Shown here: piece by piece, positions 36,101 through 49,000 of the stretch
How positions within the stretch are numbered: position 1 is the stretch's first letter
Layout of the letters: each line of letters opens with the position of its first letter
Assembly (NCBI GenBank): GCA_002245135.1
Contig: NGBS01001160.1
Span: forward strand, 496,001 to 560,000
Length of the DNA: 64,000 bases
Source: Proteromonas lacertae
Lineage: Eukaryota
Direction: 5' to 3'
Notes under the pieces: model-generated
What the model saw: only the letters and a program-made list of their open reading frames with translations
Told to the model about the DNA's origin: nothing
The model's database searches: none
Program-made: the position numbers and the translations under genes

Positions 36101-37929
36101 AAAGTGATGATGAAAAAGGAAAATATATGAAAAAGTATTGTGTTCATGGAGTATGGAGAGAAATTGAAGATATTTGTAAATATGATGATAAAAATGAAAG
36201 TGTACTTTCAACTAATGGAACAGCTTGTCTAGCAAATTGTAATGGTGATTCATTTGTTCCAGGAGTTTGTGAAGGTCAAATATGTAAATGTATTGATAAA
36301 CCTTGTATAAATGGTGATGATTGTGAAAAAGAATGTAAAAGTGATCAAACTCCACTTTGTCACTATGGAAAATGCAAATGCTATGATACTCCTTGCAATA
36401 ATGAAGATTCTGATGGTGAAATATGTATAGCAGATTGTGGAACAGATAAAGTAGGTGTTTGTCTTAATAAAAAATGTGTGTGTAATGTTAAAGACAGTAA
36501 ATCAACAGAAGGAAGATGTCCAAATGGTCATATATGCCAAATGGCTGATAATGATGGAAAAGCATTAGATGAATATGGAAAGTGTGTGAAAGGAAAATGT
36601 GAAAGATTATGTTCTAACAAAAAGAAAGGAGATGAATGTATAGCAAAGTTAGAGGGTGGTGAAAAAGGAGTATGTGATAGTGAGAATGGAAAATGTGTAA
36701 AAGGATTATGTGTAAATGGAGAAATATGCAAAACTGATAGTATAACAGATGGTGTATGTAAAGAAGGTGAATGTATAGAAAAACGTAGTGATTATTGTGA
36801 AAATGATAAGTCATGTTCTGAATTAAAATGTCCAAAATATTATAAATCAATTTGTGTTGAAGGCACACACTGTGAATGTGTAGAAATAACAACAACATTC
36901 ACTTTACCTACAGATAGTGAAATTCCAAAAGGAAAATGTTTTATTCTTTCAGGTGAAGGTGGTAATTCAGTTTCATTAACTGGAAGTACAATAGGAGATG
37001 TGGTTTATCAATATGGAGATAGATATTCTTATGGTCCAAATAGTAAAATGGAAGAAGAGAGTATAAAGAAAGGAGATAAAACTGATAATGGAGATAAAGT
37101 TGCAGTTAAAAAACCTAATAATCCAATAAAACAAATTAAAGAATCAAATGGAATTGTTAAATCTGAAGAAAAGAGATTTATTTATTTCTCAATGATTGAA
37201 GTATTTGGAGATCAAACTGCTGCAGCTGAAAGATTATTAATGGATGGAGGTAAAATAACAATTCATGATGAAAAGAGTGGAATATCAACTGTTTATACAA
37301 TTATAAGAATTCATTATTGTAGAAAAGTTGGAAGTGGATGGAGAGAATATTCTTTATTAGGGAAATTACTTGATGAAATAAATGATAAATGTAAAAATAA
37401 AAACTTTGAAATTGATAGTGGTGATGGAAGAAGAAGAAGATTATTATCACCAAATGATGAAAATCCAATAACTATAACATATGCTGAATTAGAAGAAGAA
37501 TATAAATCAACAGCTAAAAGTGTGGTTATTTCAGCTGAAAGAGTTGATTATCACCCATATGCAGAATGTAGTGGAGTAGGAACATGTGATAGAAGTAAAG
37601 GTAAATGTGTTTGTTTGGATGGATATGAAGGAGAGAATTGTGGTAGAATTAAGTGTGTGAATGATTGTAATGGAAGAGGAGAATGTGTTGCTGAAAGAGT
37701 ACCAAGTAGTGGATTTGGTAATACTCATGATGAGCAAATATATTTTTACTGTAAATGTAATGCTGGTTATAGTGGAGTTGATTGTAGTGAAAGAGTATGT
37801 CCGAAAGTGAAAGGAATTGATAATGTTTATAGGACATGTGGTGGAAATGGTTCTTGTAATGAATCAACAGGCGAATGTACCTGTAATAATGGTTATAGTG
37901 GATTTGACTGTAGTATTGTTGGAAACTAA
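27112..37929 (+). CDS. Giant secreted Cys-rich protein (~3594 aa): mastigoneme-like EGF termini around a very large array of small Cys-rich modules; 1 intron (27314-27346)
   Basis: Signal peptide MKNIFISILVGLLIICFTFAG. N-terminal CPNDCSGHGKC...YTGNDCSIRMCPYG. C-terminal HPYAECSGVGTCDRSKGKCVC, CVNDCNGRGEC, YSGVDCSERVCP and CNESTGECTCNNGYSGFDCS. Confidence 0.9.
28606..35745 (+). repeat. In-frame higher-order tandem repeat, 1353-bp (451-aa) period, about 5 copies, interrupted once by a unique 405-bp segment (31996-32400)
   Basis: Identical shadow ORFs start at 28894, 30247, 31600, 33460 and 34813 (steps of 1353, 1353, 1860, 1353). The unit is block A + shared block C + block B + shared block C. 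Confidence 0.95.
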
Positions 37930-38069
37930 CAAACACATTTTATTATTAATATGAAATATATATTCTTTATGAATGTGTTTTTATTATTCTAAAACAATCA
38001 ACAGAACATTCAAAAAATAAAAATGAAATAAAAAAGAAACGAATATCTTTTCAGTAAGTTGAATTTGTA

Positions 38070-40865
38070 ATGAGTAATAACTCAGGATCCAAGTTGATAA
38101 ATATTACCAGTAATGGTAAATCAAAAACATTTTGCATTTATAAGAAAATGGCTAGTTCAGAATTTCAAAAGATAGTTTCTTGTGGTTTATGTCTTCCTTC
38201 TGAAGACTGTATAGTTGGATTGAGAGACAATAAAACTCATGAAGTCATCATGCTATCAACTGTGGTAGAACATCCTGAAATAATGAAGAATAGTGATTAT
38301 ACTCTACTTCTATTAGATGGTATATATTAATGGTATAATTGAATAGATTCTGAACAAACTGGATCATGGGAAGAAAATGAGAAACAAATGCCTTCAAATG
38401 GAATAGATAACGAAGATATGTTTAATGAATACATATCCTCCCTTGAAAAAGAAAAAATCCTAAACAGTGAAGATATAAAAATCCTTTTAACAGAAATTGA
38501 AAATCCAGAATCACCTTTATCCAAAATACTATCAAATGTTTCTGAATCAGGAACATATGAATATTTCCGTAAGTTTATGTTACGATTCATTGGTGCAAGA
38601 CATCCAGAAAGTGGTGCAAATATCATAAAACTACTATCCTTTGTAGATGAAGAATATGAGAAAGGTCAATTTAACAGTTATGAACATGAAATAATAAAAG
38701 ATATAATATCACAATATGATGAAAGTGTAGTAATGATGTTGGAATATTTATTACATAAGAATTATAACAATTTAGAGAATTACATAATCCGATTAATCAA
38801 TACTCGTGTGAATGATGTGGTATATGTAAATGAGTTGATTTATCATGCAATTAATTATTTAATTGATAAAAGAAAGATTAATCCTTCCATATTAAACTGT
38901 ATATATATATTTATTTATTTATTCTAATAGATTTGGATATATTAATTCCTGAGTCTTATAATTATATAACTAACATGCATAATGATTTCTTAGTATGTTT
39001 ATATTATTATTATTATTATTTATTAATAGAGATCAATGAATTATATTGCCTTTGCTGATCGATATTATGAAGTATTAAGTATGTTGATAGAAAAACACAA
39101 TTTCAATAATAACAGAAAATATCATAAAGATGATGAAGAGGAAGAAGAAGAGGAAAATAGTGAAATAATGAATAGTAGATTAATAAACACAAAAACTAAC
39201 AAAGCCAATAATACTAAACAATATAGAAATGAAGGTAATAATAATTCCTATATTCCTCCTGTTCCTACATTAAATAATAACAACTATTCATATATACCAC
39301 CAGTACCATCTATCTCTAATAATCAATATTATTACTCAACAAATGTATCAGATAGTGATAATGAAGATAATAATAATAATAAATATGTAAGTAAATATAA
39401 GATAAAAACTAATATTAGTAATGATAATTATAATAATGATAGACCATTAACTAGTTATAGTAAAACAAGACCGCCTATTGATACATATACTAATGATTTA
39501 CCTACAGATCCACCAAAATATAGATCAATAAAATATCGTAATAATTCTGAAGAAGAAGATGATGATAAAGATGATGAAAATGTGAGATTAAAGAATGATT
39601 TAAGTAGTTATTCTGATGTTCCATTTGATTTAAATAATGAAAAAATGAAGAATAAAATCGATAAGAACAATTATATTCCTCCAAGACCAGGAGCACCAAC
39701 TCCATATCAAGATGAATATAGAAAAATAATCCAAAAGATCAGTAACAATGGATATTTCAAAAGAGAAGATACCAATGTATTAACAAAATTAATAAATGAA
39801 GAAGATGATGAAGTAATAAAGATATTAGAAGAATATGAAAGAACAGGTGAAGAAAAGAAATTATTCAGAGAATTGAAACAAATAGCGATGGTATATAGAA
39901 GTCGAATGGAAAAGAGTTATAATAATATAAATAATAATAATAATAATCTATTAAATACTCCAGAATCAGCAGCTAATACAAGTGAAGAAAGTGAAAGTCC
40001 AAATTACAGTCCAGCTGATATGTTAAAAACACTTCAAGACTTGCGAAGTGAACATTATATAACATCACAAGAGTTGAAAGTATTAGAGAATGTACTAGCT
40101 TATAGACCAGCAACTATATCTTATGCATTTGAAGCATTTAGTACTGATTATGATAAAGAGGAATTATCACATACATTGCATGTTATAGTAATGAAATTTA
40201 TAGAATTATGCGAGTCAGATCCTAACAATTCATTCGATTCAATCTTACAACATGCGAAGAATATGAATCTATTAGATGATCAATGTATACCATGGTTAAA
40301 GAGAGAATATCATAATGGTAATCAAATAGTATGGGGAGCTTGGCAATTATACTTAGAGAATCATGATATGGATGATTTTATTGATACATTAGAGCGTGTA
40401 TTTATACAACAATATATCAATGATGGATTAAATGAAGAACAGAAGAATGCATTGAAATTATTAATAGATTTAAGATTTAGTGGAATTATTAATATACAAC
40501 AAACTTCAATATTGAGACAAGCCATTTATTCGAATGATGAAAAGATAATGGGCGTTTTTCAGAATTATAGTTTGAATCCGTTGAATAAGAAGGATTTCTA
40601 TGAGAATATATTGTTGGTAGCTGATTATTATTTGAGAAATGGTGATGTGTTAAACCCTACGAATAATAATGAACAGTTAAAAAAGAAGATTTATGAATTA
40701 TTTAGTAGAAATAAAATTACTGATAAAAGAGGGTTAAATATATTGAATAAAGCCATTGATGAGAATGATGCTAACATAATGGCTTGTTGGGAATTGTATT
40801 TAGAAAATGAGAATGAGAAAGAGTTTATATTGAATATTGAATCTTTAATACATGCTTACTTATAA
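38070..40865 (+). CDS. Hypothetical protein with at least five copies of a ~60-aa helical repeat, 3 introns
   Basis: Recurring motif, e.g. DDEVIKILEEYERTGEEKKLFREL, NQIVWGAWQLYLENHDMDDFIDTL and DANIMACWELYLENENEKEFILNI. Exons join in frame. Confidence 0.75.
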
Positions 40866-41008
40866 TTAACATATAATTTTTAAACATCATTATACAGTTA
40901 TTGTTTATTAATGTTTTTTTAATTATTAGAAATATATTCGTTTGTTATGTGATGAAACGAATATAAAATATAAGTTTGATTAACTCAAATATCATCTCAA
41001 TAATAAAA

Positions 41009-41835
41009 ATGCAAATTTCTGGCTCATTCCAAAATGTATGAATATAAAAATAACATAATTCATAAATAGTGTTTAGCAGTATTAGTTTATGGTAAAATAA
41101 AAGGAGTTGACATCCAATATGAGAGTAATAGTGGAAATGTAATGTTAAACAATAAAGAAACTAATGCAATTGATGCTTATAAAGAATTAGTAGGCAATGA
41201 TGAGATTGATGGTGCAATTCTAAAACTATGTGGTGATTTATTCAGTTCAAAGTATTATTCAATGTTGATAGAAAAAGTATTTACTATTAATATAATATTT
41301 TAGTATGGAATTCTTCGTTCAATGCTTAATATGGGAGTTAGAGAAAGTATTTTACAGATTAATACAACAAAAGAAATAATGTCAAGTGGTTTTGGGAGTA
41401 TAATATATTGCTTTATTGTTTAATTCAATAGATTATTTGAAAGAATGTACAAAAATGGTAGATCACTTAAAAGATGTTAGTTTAAGCAGCAAAATATTGT
41501 TGTGGTGCAGCTTATATCCATTTTACCATATAATAATGTTACCAAGATTACAAAAAGAATACTCAGAACTAACAAACTGGTATAAGAATGTAATTATTGA
41601 AAATGATTTAAAAACAATATTAGAATGTTATGAAAGTGATTGTAAATTATGTGGAGATAGAAGAAATGAAGAATCAGTACAAATTGATATATTACCAGAT
41701 GGTGTATTAGTAGGTAAAATGGCTGATGTTAGTATTAGTTTAAATGAAGGTTATAAAAAGAAAATTGAAGTAAGAAAGGTGGATAAAAGTCAAGCTCCAG
41801 CTTGTCCTGAAAAGAAAGAAGTAAAATTACCTACT

Positions 41836-41866
<31 letters not shown>

Positions 41867-42438
41867 GTGCAATATGTACTGATGCAAAAGAAGAAGTAAC
41901 CCCAGAAGAACCAGTAAATGATGAAGAAAAGAAATCATTTGTATTATTAGATCAATTACATATCTCTCATTTTACTCAAAGACATGAAGCATTATGTGAT
42001 ATAGAATCAGTGTTAAGAGTATTAGATCAATCTAAAGGAATCCCAACAAAGAATTTATTGTTAAAAGCAAAGAAAGCATTAAATGCTGAAGATAGCGGAA
42101 TATGGATAGTTATTGCAAATGCTAATACTAATGTTGATATGAATAAATTGACGAAGAAACTAGGATATAAAAGTGGAAGTTTAAGATTTGCTAATGAAGA
42201 TATATTGAAGAGTTTATGTGGTGTTAGTCACGGACATTTATCACTTTTTGCTTTAATGAATGATAGTGAGAAGAAATGTCAATTGATTGTAGATGAAAGT
42301 TTATTGAAGTGTGATAAGATAAGTTTACATCCATTGATTAATACATCTTCAGTATATATATCTGAAAAAGGATTTGAATGTTTGATACACCATTTTAGAG
42401 GAGATAACTATAAAGTATTGAATTTTAATGAGTTATAA
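41009..42438 (+). CDS. YbaK/ProX-family (ProXp-ala-like) tRNA-editing domain with a long helical, possibly GST-like, N-terminal region; 3 introns
   Basis: PTKNLLLK...LRFANEDILKSLCGVSHGHLSLFALMND...LIVDE...LHPLINTSSVYIS. Confidence 0.8.
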
Positions 42439-42555
42439 ATATATAAACGAATTGGGTATGCTTAAAATTTGTTGTGTTTGATATATTTTGCTGATACATG
42501 ATTTCTGTGTATGTAAATAAAAAATTCCATAAATGAAACGACTCAATATTTTGAA

Positions 42556-45500
42556 ATGTTGCATTTGATAGATAAAGTGTTATATGCTAAATTAGCATGT
42601 GATATGAAAGTATTATAATTAATTTATTTTTATTAGGAGAAAGAGAGAATAGAAAGAAGTGTTAATGAGTTAGATTTAGTTGTAGAATATGAAACTGATA
42701 TTCAAAAGTTGAAAGTGTTTAATGTATGTGAAATGAAAGAGAAGCGAATATTAAAATTGTTAGAGAATAACTGTTTGTTGTTAGTTTGTTGTTCCTCCTT
42801 CATTTGTCCATGTAAAATGTATGAGATGAATGATGATGGTGAATATATGATATATTGCAGAGAATATTACAGTAGAGACTTGAAAGAGATAATTCAACAG
42901 AAATCCTTTTCAAATCATGATGTATGTAGTATAATATGTTCAATATGTGATAATGTAATGGTATTGAATGAAAATGAGATTGTAGTAGGTAATTTGAAGA
43001 GTAGTAATGTGATATATGAAGAGAATGGTATTTTAAAGTTATGTGATTTATGTTTGAATGAAATAAGAAAAGAAGAAGATATGAGATTGTATGATATATG
43101 CTTCACAAGTCCAGAAGAGTTGAATGGATTAGAATGTGATGAAGGAAGTGTGATTTGGTCAATTGGCTGTATATTTTATGAAATGATGTTTAAGAAATTA
43201 CCATTTTCAGAAGATAATAATATTTATAAAACCAAAGAGAATATTGTGAGATGTAAATATGGTATTGATATAGAATGTGATAAAATGATGAAAGAGATGA
43301 TATGTAGAATGTTGAAAGTGAAGAATGAAGATAGAATGAGTTTAAAAGAGTTGAAGAAAGAAATGATAAAAATGAGTGAAATATTGATAGATGAAAGTGA
43401 TAATATGATGATATGTGAAGAAAGAAAAGATATGTTATATAATAATGATATTGTAATTATAAAATTTCCAATAGCATATCCATCAGAATATTATGTTGAC
43501 AATGAAAAAAGAAAAGTGATAAGAGATAAATTGATAGAATCCTACAATAGTCAACCAAATGAAATAATATTGTCAATATTATTGATGATGAAATTATTTA
43601 AAGAAGATAATTCAATTGAAAATAGATTGAAATTTCAAATACATCATAAATGTAGATATGGAGAATGTAATTTAGATGAGATAATATTTAAGATAGAAAG
43701 TGATTATTCAGATAATGAAATGATGAAAATAGAACCAGATTGTATATGTTTGTGTGAAGAAGGAATGAGTTATTTATTTAGAATATTGAGAAAAATCAAT
43801 CCAACTAAGCTGTTATTTAGTATTTTTCTATATATTGTTATTTGTATAGATTTTATTCAAATACCAATTATTCGTCAATCATTGTTTATATCATATTTGA
43901 CTGGATTATCAAATCTACAAACATTAGATTTATCATGTTGTAAAATTACTTCCTATTTCATTGAATCATTTGTTAAATCAATTTCATTAATGAAATTGAA
44001 ACATTTAGATCTTCATTGTATTTATAATCATATTGTTATTCTATGAAATAGATAATGACATTGGTGTGAAAGGATTTAAATTGTTACTTCCATATTTGAA
44101 TTTATTAATCAACAAAGATAATGAATTAGATCTTGAAGTAATGAATTTAGATGATGAATGTATGATGTTATTATCATCAGAATTATATAAATATTCAAAT
44201 CTTAAGAACATCAATATTCAATACAACGAAAATATTCATTCAATAGGATTAAAAGCATTATTCTCCATATTTCCAATTTCAAATATAAACTTTGGTTTAA
44301 ATGGATGTAGAGAGTTACTGATTGATAAAGACATTCCTGAATTAGTCAAATATATAAACCGATGCAATGAATTATATCTGATTAATTTAGAAATAGATGA
44401 TGATATTTTCAAAAGATTCATTTCATTAAGATCAAATGAATTGAAAGAAATAGAAAAGTTAGATTTGAGTTGTAAAATTTGATATTTTTATTATTATATA
44501 GATAATAAACTAACATACAAAAGTATAGAAATACTGATTAACAATTTGTCTTCATTTCCAAATCTTCAACATCTTGAATTAAATGGAAATGAGATAAGAG
44601 ATGAAGGAATGAAAATATTATCTCCACATTTGCGTCTATTAAAAGAATGGGATGATAGAATAGATTGTTCAAGTATAAATACTATCTTTTAATATTCAAT
44701 AGAAATGGGATTATCTTCAACTGGATTAAAATATTTATTAGATGGTTTAAAGAGTATTCATCATAAGATCAGATTGGATATAAGTGACAATAATATAGAT
44801 TCAAATGGAATAAAGTATTTGATGAATTATATGAAAGAGAATGATAATATTAAAGAATTGAATATTCAAAGTATATTTATGGTAGTTTTTAATTTGTTTA
44901 ATAGATAATCCAATTGGTAATGCTGGAGTTAAGCTATTAATAAACAATTTGAATGTTGTCAATAAGTTGGATAGAACGAATTTGAGTAATATCTCAATAG
45001 ATGATGAAAGTGTGATATTATTAGCTGATGAGATAGATTCAATTTCTAATTGCCACACAATAGACTTAAGTGAAAATAATATCAGAATGAATGGATTAAA
45101 ATCAATTTGTTCCAAAACATTAGAAAAAGAAGAATATCCATTTATTCAAATGAATAATAAATCATGGAGAAAAGAAGAATTGGAATATTATTTGGATTAT
45201 TGTATTAAAAAGAATAGAAGAAGTTATGAAAAATGTTATGATTTTTCCAGTATATTATTTGTGTTTATAATGAAATAGATTTAAATCTGAATGATTCTCA
45301 CATTTCATTAATTAAACAGATTGATTATAAAGAACTTGATATATCCAATAACAAGATTAATTGTAATGGATTAAAAGAATTAACAGATTCTTTACCAGAA
45401 AATGTTGAATATATTTCAATTCATAATAATGAAATTGGAGATGAAGGAATAGAGATAATATGTAAATATTTAGATAAATTCCTCATAGTTTCATCATTAA

Positions 45501-45855
45501 ACATCTCAAGTATTTTATTAATATAATAATTTTCTATATTCTATTCTATATAGAAATTGGGATGAGTGAAAAAGGATTGATGATGTTAATAGAAAGATTA
45601 AAAAGTTACAAACAATTAGAAGAGATTAACCTATTAGGAAATGAATTAGATGAAAGAGAATTGAGATTAATGAAAGAAAGCAAAGAAGTATTTGATTGTT
45701 TAGAAAAATTATCAATAACATTAAAAGAAGATATAGATAAATCAGAATTAAAATCATTTTTAGAAACATTTACATCAATTGGAATAATAAAATTGGATGG
45801 AATATCAGAAGAAGAAAAAGAAGAGCTATTAAATCAATTCTTCAATATAAAATAA
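42556..45855 (+). CDS. Pseudokinase fused to ribonuclease-inhibitor-type LRRs, 8 introns
   Basis: Kinase fold with VVGNLKSSNV in place of HRD, DLC in place of DFG, and SPE and WSIGCIFYEM retained. It is followed by LxxLDLSxNxIxxxG-type repeats. Confidence 0.85.
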
Positions 45856-46081
45856 TAAGCTGCATCTGTATAGTTAGTCTAAATAACGTGATTTTGTTAT
45901 TTTGTAAAATTATTAAGTGAAAATTGAAATAACAAATTGGAGTTTAAAAATAAATAGCAAACACTTTACTATGAATACTAAATTACATATAAATGAGAAA
46001 TGATGTTTATATCATAATATGACTATTTTTGCAAAATAGAATTTACTCAAACAAGTTTGTAATTTGAAACAACTTTTTATA

Positions 46082-49000
46082 ATGTTCACTGTAGCAGCCG
46101 CAGCTGTGAGGAATAAAGCAGATCTAAATGCTCAACAAGGCGGTGGTGGTTTGAAATGTATTTAAAAAATGTTGTAATTCTATATCTTAGTTAAAAAGCC
46201 AGGAGAAGGTTTGGAAGAGACAAATGTAAAAATTAACCCAGTCTATGGATATCAAAAGAAAGTAAGACATCCACGAAAATATCTTTCAACCAAGGATAGG
46301 AATTCTTCCAGTTCTAACCTATCAAGCCATGATGATACAACAAAATACTACATTGCTAGATATTATAAATACACAATAAACCCAAATGCTACATATAAAG
46401 TAATATGGGATTTAATTGTATCTCTAATAGTAATTTATTCTATAATATTGGTTCCATTACAATTATCTTTTTCTGTAGCAATAGATGGCGCATTTACTGT
46501 AATGGATTGGATAGTAGATGCTTTATTTATGATAGATATCTTCGTAAATTTCTTTACTGCATATAATGATAGTCGAGGAACTGTGTATAATAATTGTATG
46601 ATAGTAAAGCATTATTTAAAAAGTTGGTTTATAATCGATTTAGTTTCTACTATTCCTTTTGACAGGATTTTTTGTATATATTTATACATATTTTATCTAT
46701 AATAAATAAATAGCATCAGCGTCCTCTGCGCTAAAGTTAATCCGTCTTTTAAAAATCATTAGATTATTAAAACTATTAAAACTGATCCGATTATTGAAGT
46801 TAGTTAGATATATTGATATAATCAAAGAAAGCTTCCCAGGCAATGAAACACTCTTCACGATTATTTCATTTTCAGTCACTTTAACTATGACTGGTCATTT
46901 AATGGCATGTTTATGGTATGCAACAATCTCAGTTGAGCATAATGATTTAGACTGGATTGATCTTACTCCAGATATTGATTTAAATAACATTGGAAAGAAA
47001 TATGTAGCTTCAATATACTGGGCTTTTACAACGTATATATATATATATTGTTTAATATGCAATTATTAGAATGACAACTGTTGGTTTTGGTGATATAGTT
47101 GCTGAGAGTATAAGTGAGAAGATAGTAGCTTCAATATCTATGGTTATAGGAGCTGCTGTATTAGGTTATGTGATGGGTAATATATCAATGTTATTACAAG
47201 ATTATAATATAGTAGATGGAAGTAAAAGGAAAAAGATGGAAAGATTGAAGAATTATTGTGTATAGTCTATATATTAATATATATTGTTTAATAGTTGGAT
47301 AGAAATATTCCAATTAATTTAAGGAAAAGATTAGAAGCACAACAGAAATACAGCCAGAACAATAAATCAGTTATCAATGAAGATGATTTATTGAACAAAT
47401 TCCCATCTAGAGATCATATTGGATTGGTTTATAAAGAATATGGATCATATATTGAAGATGTTCGAGTATTGAAAGAATTCTATAATTACACTGCTGTTTG
47501 TCAATTTGTACATTTATTATATCCATTTTATGCAATTAAAGGAGAGTTTATTATGTTAAGAGGTGAAATTGCCTATCAAATATACGTATTAAGAAATGGT
47601 TTACTGTATTATGGTTTACCTGTTGGTGGAAAAATAGACACAAACAAATCAAATATTGTAACAACAGTGATGGGTGAAATGCCTAAGAATGAGTTCTTTG
47701 GTAAAGATGCATTGAATGTACATGAAAGTATTTACTCTTATAATGTATTATGTGAAGGAAGGAGTGAATTATTATTTGCAAGAAGTGCTGATATATTGCC
47801 ATTAATTAACACTTATCCATATCTTAAGGAGAATATGTTTGTGAATGAAGTAGAAGTGATGAATAGGATATCCAATGCAAGGTATATATTTTATATTATA
47901 TAATATTATATATAGTGAATTTATGAGTAAAACACAAATATCTCCTCGAAGATTAATCAGACCAAAAGATACTTCAAGATTTAAATCACATCACCATCAA
48001 ATCGAATATAAGACATTAAGTACTGGTTATAAACAAACTCCATTATCTTTAATTAGTGGTAGAGTTAACAAGAGAAGGAGTAATATAAATTTACCTAATT
48101 CATATATTGATTCTCCACTGTCCTCTGGTAGAAATCTAGCTCCTGCTAGTCCAATGAATGGAGGAAGTAAAAATGATTCTTCAAATACAACACCTTCAAA
48201 TCATACAGTAAATTTAGAAATGACTGAAGTTAAAACGGATGAGGTGAAGATAGAAATAGAAAATAATGATAATAATGATGATAATAATCAATATGAAAAA
48301 GAGAATATGATAATGGATAACACTGAATTAAATACACTATTAAACTCACAAAGAGGTAATACAAATCTACAAATTAATGTGAAGCAACAAACACTGCAAG
48401 AACAACCAGAAGAGCCAGTAATTCCAATTCTGAAAACAGTAAGAGGAAGTACATTCAGTGAAGATAGAGCATCAACAACATCAACAAGAACTTCAGTAAT
48501 ATCTCAAGAATCATCATTTAAAGCATTTAAGAAACATCATTATGTTATATATCCTTATCATCCTTTCAAAATTGTTTGGGATGTGTATATAGCTATATTG
48601 ATCATGTATAGTGTTATTGAAGTTCCATTGGTAATAGCATTCGAAATAACATTACCTGATCTTTTACATGTTTTAGATTTATATATTATTACGGTATCAT
48701 TTGTGATTGACATATTACTATCTTTTAATACTGGATTGATGAATTCATTTGAAGCTCCAAATTATAATCGAAAAGATATATGTAAATCATATTTAAAGTT
48801 CTGGTTTTGGGTTGATTTAGTATCAACTATTCCATTTGATGAATTGTTTTCTAATACTAGTGGATTAAAAGCAACTAAATTGATTAAAATTATTCGATTA
48901 ATTCGATTGATTAGGTTAATTCGTCTTTTAAAACTGGATAAAATTATGCAGAAATATGATGATTCAATTAATATAAATCCAATAGTGATGCAAATCGTTA

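Noticed and set aside
27862..37936. Repeated minus-strand His/Tyr/Ile-rich ORFs inside the giant gene
   Set aside because: They are antisense by-products of the TGT/GAT/AAT-rich coding repeat, with no independent gene signals.
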